NCBI GenBank assembly: GCA_016283775.1
Contig: JAEENL010000175.1
Location: 30,766-94,765, forward strand
DNA from: Lachnospiraceae bacterium
Lineage (GTDB): Bacteria; Bacillota; Clostridia; Lachnospirales; Lachnospiraceae
Reading direction: 5' to 3'
Length of the DNA: 64,000 nt
Shown: piece by piece, positions 54,034 to 62,353 of the stretch
Layout of the letters: every line of letters begins with the position of its first letter
How positions within the stretch are numbered: the first letter of the stretch is position 1
Translations under genes and position numbers: made by a program
The notes under the pieces: generated by a model
Told to the model about the DNA's origin: nothing
Database searches by the model: none
The model's input: only the letters and a program-made list of their open reading frames with translations

Positions 54034-55005
54034 ATGAAAGCAAGGCCAAAAAATCACGTTCCGCACAGGATCACGGCGGCCAAAGTGGGAAGAGCGCTTT
54101 GGAGCATTGTGCGCGGCGTCATAATCATAGGGATATGTTTCACGATCCTGCAGCCTTTGTTCGTCAAGCTCAGCGTATCGTTCATGAGTGAAAGGGATCT
54201 GTTTGACTCGGGCGTAAAATACATTCCAAAGCATTTTACACTGAACAACTACAGGCTGGCACTGAAAGGAATGGACTACTGGCGTTCGCTGCTCAGGACC
54301 TTCCTTCTGTCGGGCGGAGTGGCTCTCCTTCAGCTCTGCAGCTGCATGCTCGCGGCATATGGGTTTGCGAGATTCCGTTTCCCGTTTAAAAAACTACTGT
54401 TCGCCTGCGTGATCCTCATGCTGATCGTGCCGCCGCAGATAATCATGTTGCCGCTGTTCATGCATTTCAGGTTTTTTGATATCCTCGGGATCATAAAGGC
54501 GGTAAAAGGAGGCCCCATAAGCCTTCTGGACAGCTACTGGCCGTTCGTCATCCAGGCAGTGACCTGCACAGGCTTTAAGAACGGACTGTTTATCTACATG
54601 CTGAGACAGTTCTTCAAGGGGATGCCGAGAGAGCTTGAAGAGGCCGCATTTGTTGACGGCTGCACAAAGCTCAAGACCTTTACAAAGATCATCGTGCCGA
54701 GTTCCGTGCCGATGATGGTGACCATTTTCCTTTTCGGATTTGTATGGCAGTGGATGGATTCCTTCTACACATCACTTTACCTTAAGGGAACAATGGTAAT
54801 ACCTGTGGCTCTCGATTCGCTTGCCGCGTCTGTATACAACGAGTATTCAAATTACGGCGGAAGCATGAATTTCATAAGCCCGGGCTACATTTCGATGATG
54901 AACAATACGGGAACCGTTCTGGCAATGCTCCCGCTCATCGTGCTTTACATCGTCTGCCAGAGATACTTTGTGGAGGGCATCGAGCGCTCCGGTATCGTGG
55001 GATAA
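54034..55005 (+). CDS. CUT1 sugar ABC transporter permease (MalG-like), second system
   Basis: EAA loop LEEAAFVDGCTKLKTFTKIIVP. ATG 54034 follows GGGAGAG; the track start at 53992 overlaps the upstream gene. Confidence 0.8.
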   Translation: MKARPKNHVPHRITAAKVGRALWSIVRGVIIIGICFTILQPLFVKLSVSFMSERDLFDSGVKYIPKHFTLNNYRLALKGMDYWRSLLRTFLLSGGVALLQLCSCMLAAYGFARFRFPFKKLLFACVILMLIVPPQIIMLPLFMHFRFFDILGIIKAVKGGPISLLDSYWPFVIQAVTCTGFKNGLFIYMLRQFFKGMPRELEEAAFVDGCTKLKTFTKIIVPSSVPMMVTIFLFGFVWQWMDSFYTSLYLKGTMVIPVALDSLAASVYNEYSNYGGSMNFISPGYISMMNNTGTVLAMLPLIVLYIVCQRYFVEGIERSGIVG

Positions 55006-55090
55006 TTGCACACGGACCGCCCAAAGGGCAGGACACCACGTGCTTTATTTAATAATTTTTCACCTGCGAAAGCAGAAAAGGAGGTTTTTT

Positions 55091-56605
55091 ATGAAAAACA
55101 CTTTAGGCAAAAGGCTGCTTGCAAGTGCACTTGCTCTTGTAATGGTATTCGCGCTCGCAGCCTGCGGCAATGAAGGCAGTGAGGCTTCGAATACTCCGGC
55201 CGCAAATCCTACAGCTGCCGCAAAGGCGACCGACACACCGGCACCCACAAAAGCAACAGAGCCGGCCGCAACACCCGCAGCAACAGCAACACCCGAACCC
55301 ACACCCGAACCGACTTATGATTTTGGGGGAAGAGTATTCAAGATCGGTTCATATTATGACATGACTCCTTCACCCGACGAAGGCGCTCTTGAAGCAGCTC
55401 TTGCAGACAGGATCGCAGAAGTTGAGTCGAAGTACAACTGCAAGATCGAGTTTGTAAACCTCGGCGGCGACTACGTTGCAGAGTATGTTACAAGCGTACT
55501 TGCAGGCACACCTGTTGTTGATATCGGTTATGTTGTAACCCAGAAGCTCCTTCCTTCACTTATCGAAGGCGGCATCGCTTATCCTTTAAGCCAGCTCAAG
55601 GCTCTCGATCTTTCCGAGTACAAGTGGCGTTCCGACGTTGTCGAGGCAGGTAAGTACAAGGGCGAATATTACGCAATGCTCCTCAAGGATCCCGAGATCC
55701 GTTACGGTATCTTCTGGAACAAGACATTATTCAACAAGTATGGTCTTCCCGATCTCTACACTCTCGTTGACAACGGCCAGTGGACATGGGAGAAATTCCA
55801 GGAGATCGCAGCTCTCGGAAACCAGGATACAGACGGTGACGGCGAGATCGACCTTTACGGCTTCAACGCAAGAGAAAACCTTGCATGGTGCTATCTGTAC
55901 TCCAACGGCGCTTACGTTGCAAACAAGACCAACGCAGGCATCGACATCAACTTAAAGGATCCCAAGGTTGTTGAGGCTCTTACAGGCCTTCAGAATTTCA
56001 CTCAGAACGTTAAGTTCCGTGATGCCATCGACTGGTCCAAAGAGGGCTGGGACAGCTTCATCAAGGATTTCCGTGACGGTAAGTATATGATGTGCCTTGA
56101 GGAGTTCTGGATCTCCTATGCATACCTCAACAAGGCTGACGGCGGTATGACCGACGACTGGGGCTGGGTACCTTTCCCGAAGGGACCTTCCGCAACAGAC
56201 TGGTCATGCTATGGTAAGGAAAATGGCGCACGTTTCATTCTTAACGGCGTTGAGAAGCCTGAGGACGTTGCACTTGTTTACGATCTCATCACAGATCTTG
56301 CAGACACCAACGAAGAGTGGGATGAGCTCATGGAAGACAAGCTTGAGAACTGGTGCGATGATGCCAAGACAGCTGAACTCGTTTCTTACATCTACAACAA
56401 CAAGCTCTCCGTTATCAACGGTATCCAGGGCTTTGGCGATCTGAACGGCGCAGTTAACAACATGGTAAACGAAGTTTCCAAGGGAAGCATGACTCCTCAG
56501 GTAGCACTTGAGACATATCAATCAGCGATCGATGCGGCTATCGCAGATCTCGCAAATCACGATTACAGTGCAGAAATGCAGGAATACAAGGTTGACGAAG
56601 AGTAA
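55091..56605 (+). CDS. Sugar ABC transporter substrate-binding lipoprotein
   Basis: ATG 55091 follows AGGAGG. Lipobox ALAACGNEG, an Ala/Thr/Pro linker and a family-1 SBP body (WTWEKFQEIA, DGDGEIDLYGF). Confidence 0.8.
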   Translation: MKNTLGKRLLASALALVMVFALAACGNEGSEASNTPAANPTAAAKATDTPAPTKATEPAATPAATATPEPTPEPTYDFGGRVFKIGSYYDMTPSPDEGALEAALADRIAEVESKYNCKIEFVNLGGDYVAEYVTSVLAGTPVVDIGYVVTQKLLPSLIEGGIAYPLSQLKALDLSEYKWRSDVVEAGKYKGEYYAMLLKDPEIRYGIFWNKTLFNKYGLPDLYTLVDNGQWTWEKFQEIAALGNQDTDGDGEIDLYGFNARENLAWCYLYSNGAYVANKTNAGIDINLKDPKVVEALTGLQNFTQNVKFRDAIDWSKEGWDSFIKDFRDGKYMMCLEEFWISYAYLNKADGGMTDDWGWVPFPKGPSATDWSCYGKENGARFILNGVEKPEDVALVYDLITDLADTNEEWDELMEDKLENWCDDAKTAELVSYIYNNKLSVINGIQGFGDLNGAVNNMVNEVSKGSMTPQVALETYQSAIDAAIADLANHDYSAEMQEYKVDEE

Positions 56606-56632
56606 TCTTTAAGAACGGACTTAAAACTATCA

Positions 56633-57676
56633 ATGGACAGCGAAAAGAAGATCACAATCTATGACATCGCCAGAGAAGCCGGGGTATCCGCATCGCAGGT
56701 ATCCCGGGCCATCTCGGGCAGGGGATACGTATCGGAGGAAACGCAGGCAAAGATAAGCGAGCTGGTCGAGAAGTACAACTATCGTCCGAACGCCGTTGCC
56801 AGAAACCTCCAGAGAGGCCAGAGCAATACTGTGGGCTTCCTTATTCCGCATGTCTATCAGGAATATTTCCCGCTCGTATACTCGGTTTTTGAAAGGGAAA
56901 TGACCGAAAAAGGTTATGTTACCGTTGTCTTCAACGGTAAGAGCACACCCGCCGACGAGATAAAAAACTTAAATCTCCTTGAGGAACTGAGGGTAGACGC
57001 GGTGGTAATCATCGGCGGAAGTCTTGACTTTGCCGACTGGGAGTCCAGAAAAGATTACGTAGAGGCAATAAAACGCCTGAGCAGGAACATCCCCTGCATT
57101 TTGGGAAACGAAAGGGCGGGAACATTATCCTGTTCCGGAGTGTATGTGAACATCGACAGGGGCGTTGACGACCTTGTAAGACACCTCGCGGAACTGGGAC
57201 ACAAGACCATGGGCATCCTCGGAGGTTTCAGGACCGTCCATCCTTCGTTCCGTCTTCAGGAAAGCCTGAAAAAGAGCGGAAAGAAGTACGGCCTGGAATT
57301 CCGTCCGGAGTGGCAGGTGTTCTCTTCCTACAACTCGCACGATGGTGCGGAGGCGATGAGAAAACTCCTTCAGCAAAAAGAATTGCCGACTGCAGTATGT
57401 TGCATAAACGACGAGATCGCAGTCGGAGCGATGGGCGTTGCAATGGATATGGGAATGCGGATCCCCGAGGATATCGCGTTCACCGGCTATGACGGCGTTG
57501 ACCTGAGCCGTGAATTCCGTCCGCAGCTCACTACCATCCAGATGGATTTTGAAACGATGGGAAAAAAGCTTGCGGAGCTCGCATACAACAGCATCAAGGG
57601 TGATCGTACGATCACCGAGGTGATAGTGGATCCGACGGTCGTGCTGCGTCACAGCACCGAAGGCGGCAAAAAATAA
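56633..57676 (+). CDS. LacI family transcriptional regulator
   Basis: HTH ITIYDIAREAGVSASQVSRAISGRGYVSEETQAKI plus a periplasmic-binding-fold sensor domain. Confidence 0.9.
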   Translation: MDSEKKITIYDIAREAGVSASQVSRAISGRGYVSEETQAKISELVEKYNYRPNAVARNLQRGQSNTVGFLIPHVYQEYFPLVYSVFEREMTEKGYVTVVFNGKSTPADEIKNLNLLEELRVDAVVIIGGSLDFADWESRKDYVEAIKRLSRNIPCILGNERAGTLSCSGVYVNIDRGVDDLVRHLAELGHKTMGILGGFRTVHPSFRLQESLKKSGKKYGLEFRPEWQVFSSYNSHDGAEAMRKLLQQKELPTAVCCINDEIAVGAMGVAMDMGMRIPEDIAFTGYDGVDLSREFRPQLTTIQMDFETMGKKLAELAYNSIKGDRTITEVIVDPTVVLRHSTEGGKK

Positions 57677-57744
57677 AAAATGCGCATATCCTGCGCGATG
57701 AAAATGCTGATTTTACTATTTCTATAGGGTTTCTCCAAAGTAAA

Positions 57745-57825
57745 CGGGGGCGGCTTTGAAGCAGCGTGTAAGCTGTTTCGGGGTCGCCCTCGTTTTTTGT
57801 CGGAACTGTGTTAGAGGCAGTTCCG
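57745..57825. terminator. Terminator region between convergent lacI-type and GH51 genes
   Basis: A 10-bp outer stem (57745-57754 with 57783-57792) is followed by TTTTTT (57793-57798). A second 8-bp hairpin pairs 57801-57808 with 57818-57825. Confidence 0.6.
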
Positions 57826-57833
57826 CATTGGAC

Positions 57834-60662
57834 TTATCTTGTGTGTAGCCTCAGTACCGTAACCGAATACTGAGGAACGGTATAATTGAACGCTTGTCTT
57901 ATCCCGTCGGTCTTTCCGGTCTCGAGAGTGACAGCTTCCTTGGAGCCCAGGATATTGTCGTCTGCGAGAGAATGTCCAGCCACCGTGTAGATGTCCGCAA
58001 AGCCTGTGAGCGAAGGATCTCCGGCAAGAGAGATCGCGACAGTCTTTTCATTTCCTGTGGTGTTTACGAATTTTATGATGATGTCACCGGTCTTTTCGTC
58101 GTAGCCTGTGACCTGGTAGTTTTCGAGCATGGTGGAGCTTCCGAAATCATAGTCGACATAGAGGTCGTCGTTGATATAGCACTTGACGAGCGAGCCGCTT
58201 ACCACGATCTTCAGGTGGTAGGTCTTGTTAACCTTTATGACACATTTCTTTACGTTTCCGAGCTGCCCGGACTTTGCGCCGCCCGAAACTTCCTGAAGGC
58301 ATGAGACGGTGTTCCCCCATCCGCCTATGTTCCAGAACACATTATTGTTTTTGTCCTTTACGGCGAACGGGATGAGAAATCCTTCGGAGCCTGTGAGCTT
58401 TGTGGCATCGAGCTCGTAGGTGTAGTTTTCCCACGATGCGTCGCCAAAGTATGCCGCGGCACCTGTTGATGAGTACCTGTCCACATCGGTCCTTGCGTTT
58501 GACTGCATAAGTGCGCCGTCGTCGATCCTCCAGGAGCCGTCGGAGATCATTGTCCATTTTTTGATCGAATCGTCTGTGGAAAAATCTTCGGAAGCGAGGA
58601 CTTCTCCGGTATCGTTGTTTGTGATCTTGATATTGTCAAACTTTGCGGCTGTTGACCATGTGCCCACGCCGACCTTTCCGGAGAGGCCTTCGGAGCCCAC
58701 TGGAACAGCATCCATCTCGGACTTTAACACCTGAGTGGCCGCGTTGTTTGAAAAGACCTGCTGCATGTAATAGTTGACGGACGCAGTGGACGTGTGGTTG
58801 TTGAACCAGATGAGGTCGGGAGCCCAGTGTGTTGCCGTGGTGTTTCCGAAAAGCGGTGCGTAGGCCGCCATGACAACGATGTCGGAATTCCGCTCAAGGC
58901 CTGTCATGTAGGAGGCTTCGGCAAGCGCGGCTTTTAAAGTGTTTGAACGCGCCGCGTATTCTCCGAGAAAAACATTGATGCCGCCGCAGAATTTTGCGTT
59001 TTTGTAGTCCGCGATGTCTCTTGAATAGTTGGCTTCGTCGTAGTAATCATTGTGTGTGAAGAACCATTCGGGTGTATTGTAGTAATGGTGGTCTGTGGCA
59101 CCCGCAAAGGCTGTCATTTCTTTTCCGGGATGCTCCGAAAGCCATTTTGCGGCGTACTGGTAAGAGTTTGAATAGCCGGAGCCGCCTTCGCCGTCGTCAA
59201 GGCCTGCGGAGAAGATAAGCTCGATGTCACCGTAGAGAGCGGGGTTTTCGGTCCTTGCTTTTTCAAAGGCTTCGACGAACGCGGTGTAGTTTGAGTAGAA
59301 AACGCCGCCGTACTGCTCGTTTCCTATGCAGATGTATTTGAGCGCGAACGGTTCTCTGTGACCCATGTCGGTACGGAGTTTTCCCCATTTGGTGGACGAG
59401 TCGCCTCTGCAGAATTCCACAAGGTCGAGAGCATCCTGTATATAGCCCTGTAATTCCTTTTCGCTTGCGTTGTTCCCGGTGCCCTGCCCCTGACAATGCA
59501 TGCCGCAGTTCAGCACAGGAACACCTGTGGCGCCCACATCCTCGCAGAGCAGGAAATATTCATAAAAGCCGAGTCCGTAGGTCATGAAGGACGGGAATTT
59601 GTCGTTTGTGAGGCGTTCATCGGTCCAGATGTTCTGTCCCATCTTTCTCGCCGCAACATCGCCGTAGGTGCCGTTGAACAAAAGAGGCTCTCCGTTTTTG
59701 TCAACGCCGACCGAATCTTTCCAGTCATATGCAAGAGCAAGCGTGTAACCCTCGATGACGCAGCCTCCCGGGAACCTGATGAACGAAGGCGACAGGGCTT
59801 CTATCTTTTCCACAAGATCGCGTCTGAGGCCGTTTTCACGTCCCTTGTAGGTGTCCGCAGGGAAGAGCGAGATCATGTCCAGGGCGACGGAGCCTTTGTC
59901 AGCGGTGATCTGCAGGAAAACATTCTTTGCCGCGCTTTTTTCAGGGGTAAGCGTAACGGTGTATTTTGTCCATCCTTTTGTGATGCCGGTGACCGCCGCC
60001 GAAGCAACTATGTCCTTGGAAGCCCTTAGGCTTACATAGATCTTTCCTGTGTATCCGTCGAGCGCTCGCGCATAGAAACTGCATCTGTACTGCTCATCGG
60101 CTTTTATGTACATACCCTCAAGAAATCCACTGTTTTCAATGCCTGCGGGGCTGTCGCCCGTGTTTTTTATAACTGCATAGTTGGGATTGTTTTCATTAAG
60201 TCTTCCCGCGGCATCGTCTTTTATCACAGTGACTTCGGCATCCCCGACCTTTGTCCAGGCGTGGAGCTCGTTGTCCTGCGCGATCTTGTTGAACTCAAAG
60301 GACCTGTTCTGCACCATTTCAGCATAGAGACCGCCGTCGGCGGCAAAGTTTATGTCCTCAAAAAATATCCCGTAGAGCATGGGGGATACGTCATGAAGTT
60401 TCGTGGAAAAGTCTGCGGAAAGCTTGTAATCAGCGGATTCTGAGGAATAGTCGCTAAGCACTCCGACAAAACCTTCGGTCATAGTCTGCACGACCGGAGA
60501 CGGTTTAACAGGTTCTGTGGGAGCAGTGGTATATGTCGCAGCAGGTGACGGTGAGGGAGTCACTGCGGAAACAACAGGATCGTTAGGCTTTTCGGAACAG
60601 CCGGTCAGCTGCAATGCCAGGCAGAATGAGATAAGTAAAGGTGTGAGTGTCCTTTTTTTCAT
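57834..60662 (-). CDS. Lipoprotein GH51 alpha-L-arabinofuranosidase with CBM4/9-like N-terminus and LamG/DUF1080-like insert
   Basis: ATG 60662 follows GGAGGA. Lipobox LQLTGCS. Motifs FFEDINFAADGGLYAEMVQNRSFE, IRFPGGCVIEG, ICIGNEQYG and FLGEYAA. The C-terminal region has FDNIKITN. Confidence 0.8.
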   Translation of the reverse strand: MKKRTLTPLLISFCLALQLTGCSEKPNDPVVSAVTPSPSPAATYTTAPTEPVKPSPVVQTMTEGFVGVLSDYSSESADYKLSADFSTKLHDVSPMLYGIFFEDINFAADGGLYAEMVQNRSFEFNKIAQDNELHAWTKVGDAEVTVIKDDAAGRLNENNPNYAVIKNTGDSPAGIENSGFLEGMYIKADEQYRCSFYARALDGYTGKIYVSLRASKDIVASAAVTGITKGWTKYTVTLTPEKSAAKNVFLQITADKGSVALDMISLFPADTYKGRENGLRRDLVEKIEALSPSFIRFPGGCVIEGYTLALAYDWKDSVGVDKNGEPLLFNGTYGDVAARKMGQNIWTDERLTNDKFPSFMTYGLGFYEYFLLCEDVGATGVPVLNCGMHCQGQGTGNNASEKELQGYIQDALDLVEFCRGDSSTKWGKLRTDMGHREPFALKYICIGNEQYGGVFYSNYTAFVEAFEKARTENPALYGDIELIFSAGLDDGEGGSGYSNSYQYAAKWLSEHPGKEMTAFAGATDHHYYNTPEWFFTHNDYYDEANYSRDIADYKNAKFCGGINVFLGEYAARSNTLKAALAEASYMTGLERNSDIVVMAAYAPLFGNTTATHWAPDLIWFNNHTSTASVNYYMQQVFSNNAATQVLKSEMDAVPVGSEGLSGKVGVGTWSTAAKFDNIKITNNDTGEVLASEDFSTDDSIKKWTMISDGSWRIDDGALMQSNARTDVDRYSSTGAAAYFGDASWENYTYELDATKLTGSEGFLIPFAVKDKNNNVFWNIGGWGNTVSCLQEVSGGAKSGQLGNVKKCVIKVNKTYHLKIVVSGSLVKCYINDDLYVDYDFGSSTMLENYQVTGYDEKTGDIIIKFVNTTGNEKTVAISLAGDPSLTGFADIYTVAGHSLADDNILGSKEAVTLETGKTDGIRQAFNYTVPQYSVTVLRLHTR

Positions 60663-60753
60663 GATTCCTCCGTGTTTTACGGCGGGATATGCCACCGCCG
60701 GAAAATAAACCATTTTTTATATTATCACAAGTCCCTGTCGGAGTGCAATTACA

Positions 60754-60782
60754 TTGACAACCCATTTTTTGCGGTGTATACT
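60754..60782 (+). promoter_or_regulatory. Sigma-A type promoter for gltX (TTGACA-17-TATACT)
   Basis: TTGACA at 60754-60759, an exact 17-nt spacer and TATACT at 60777-60782, 47 nt before ATG 60829. Confidence 0.55.
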
Positions 60783-60828
60783 TACGTGGCACGTGAAAGT
60801 GCGCACAAATACTATCGAGGTGTATTTT

Positions 60829-62316
60829 ATGGACAAGATTCGTACACGTTATGCTCCGAGCCCCACGGGAAAAATGCATGTTGGAAACCTTCGTACCGCT
60901 CTTTATGAGTATCTGGTGGCCAAGCATGAAGGCGGAGATTTTATATTCAGGATAGAGGATACCGATCAGGGACGTTTTGTTGAAGGCGCCACCGATCTTA
61001 TTTACAGAGTTATGAAAAAGACGGGACTTGAATATGACGAGGGTCCCGACAAGGACAAGGGAAACGGCCCTTATGTGCAGAGTGAGAGAGTAAAGGCCGG
61101 TATCTACATGAAGTATGCAAAGCAGCTTGTTGAGAAGGGCGAGGCATACTATTGTTTCTGTACGAAAGAGCGCCTGGATTCCCTTAAGACGCCCGTAAAT
61201 GCTTCTGAGGACGGCGAAGAGGGCGGCAAGGAGATCAGAAAATATGACAAGCACTGCCTTTCCCTTTCCAAAGAGGAGGTGCAGGCAAATCTTGACGCAG
61301 GCATGCCGTTCGTTATAAGGCAGAACATTCCCACAGAGGGTACCACAAGCTTTACCGACGCGATCTATGGTGAGATCACCGTGAACAATGATGAGCTTGA
61401 CGATATGATCCTCATCAAGTCGGACGGTTTCCCGACATACAATTTTGCAAATGTCATCGACGACCATCTTATGCACATTACACACGTTGTGCGCGGAAAC
61501 GAGTATCTGTCGTCGACTCCGAAATATACACGTCTTTACCATGCTTTCGGATGGGAGGAGCCCGTTTATATCCACTGCCCTCTCATCACAAACGAGGAGC
61601 ATCAGAAGCTTTCAAAGAGAAGCGGACATTCATCGTTTGAGGATCTGGAGGAGCAGGGCTTTTTACCTGAGGCGATCGTGAACTTCATGGCTCTTCTCGG
61701 CTGGAGCTCGGGCACGGACAGAGAGATCTATTCTCTTAAGGAGCTTGTGGAGGTGTTTGATTATCACCACATCAACAAGTCGCCTTCCGTATTTGACATG
61801 AACAAGCTGCGCTGGATGAACGGCGAGTACATAAAGGCGCTTGACGATGAGAGATATCTTTCTATCGCTGTACCTTATGTTGAGCAGGTCGTTAAGCGCG
61901 ACTATGACAAGGCAAAGATCGCAATGCTCGTAAAGACAAGGATCGAGACATTCCTCGACATCGCCGAGAAGATCGATTTCTTTGATGAACTTCCTGACTA
62001 TGACACAGAGATGTATGTTCATAAAAAGATGAAGACCACCCGTGAGAGCTCGCTCGAGGTGCTAAGAGACCTCCTTCCGAGGCTTGAGGCTCTTGATGAT
62101 TATTCCATCGCCGGAGTTGAGGGCGTTCTGATGGGCTATATCAATGAAAAGGGAATCAAGAACGGGCAGGGCCTGTGGCCTGTGAGAACAGCGGTTTCCG
62201 GTAAGCAGATGACTCCGGGCGGAGCTTATGAGATCATGGAGATCATAGGCAAGGAAGAGTCGCTGAAGCGTGTGAGAAAAGCGATAGAAATGCTTGAAAA
62301 AGCCGTAGGATGCTGA
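60829..62316 (+). CDS. gltX: Glutamate--tRNA ligase
   Basis: HIGH region [15 protein letters not shown] and KMSKS region KLSKRSG, with class I GluRS sequence throughout. Confidence 0.93.
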   Translation: MDKIRTRYAPSPTGKMHVGNLRTALYEYLVAKHEGGDFIFRIEDTDQGRFVEGATDLIYRVMKKTGLEYDEGPDKDKGNGPYVQSERVKAGIYMKYAKQLVEKGEAYYCFCTKERLDSLKTPVNASEDGEEGGKEIRKYDKHCLSLSKEEVQANLDAGMPFVIRQNIPTEGTTSFTDAIYGEITVNNDELDDMILIKSDGFPTYNFANVIDDHLMHITHVVRGNEYLSSTPKYTRLYHAFGWEEPVYIHCPLITNEEHQKLSKRSGHSSFEDLEEQGFLPEAIVNFMALLGWSSGTDREIYSLKELVEVFDYHHINKSPSVFDMNKLRWMNGEYIKALDDERYLSIAVPYVEQVVKRDYDKAKIAMLVKTRIETFLDIAEKIDFFDELPDYDTEMYVHKKMKTTRESSLEVLRDLLPRLEALDDYSIAGVEGVLMGYINEKGIKNGQGLWPVRTAVSGKQMTPGGAYEIMEIIGKEESLKRVRKAIEMLEKAVGC

Positions 62317-62353
62317 AGAACGCCCTGCGGTATACAGGGGAAGAACAAGGGGT

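Noticed and set aside
55006-55090. TTGCACA half-site of the 21-bp palindrome upstream of the second SBP gene
   Set aside because: It is a single 7-mer without its inverted partner, which is expected by chance in 64 kb.
60583-61602. 339-aa minus-strand ORF overlapping gltX and the GH51 start region
   Set aside because: It is antisense to an unmistakable GluRS (HIGH/KMSKS) and crosses a promoter region. It has no motifs.
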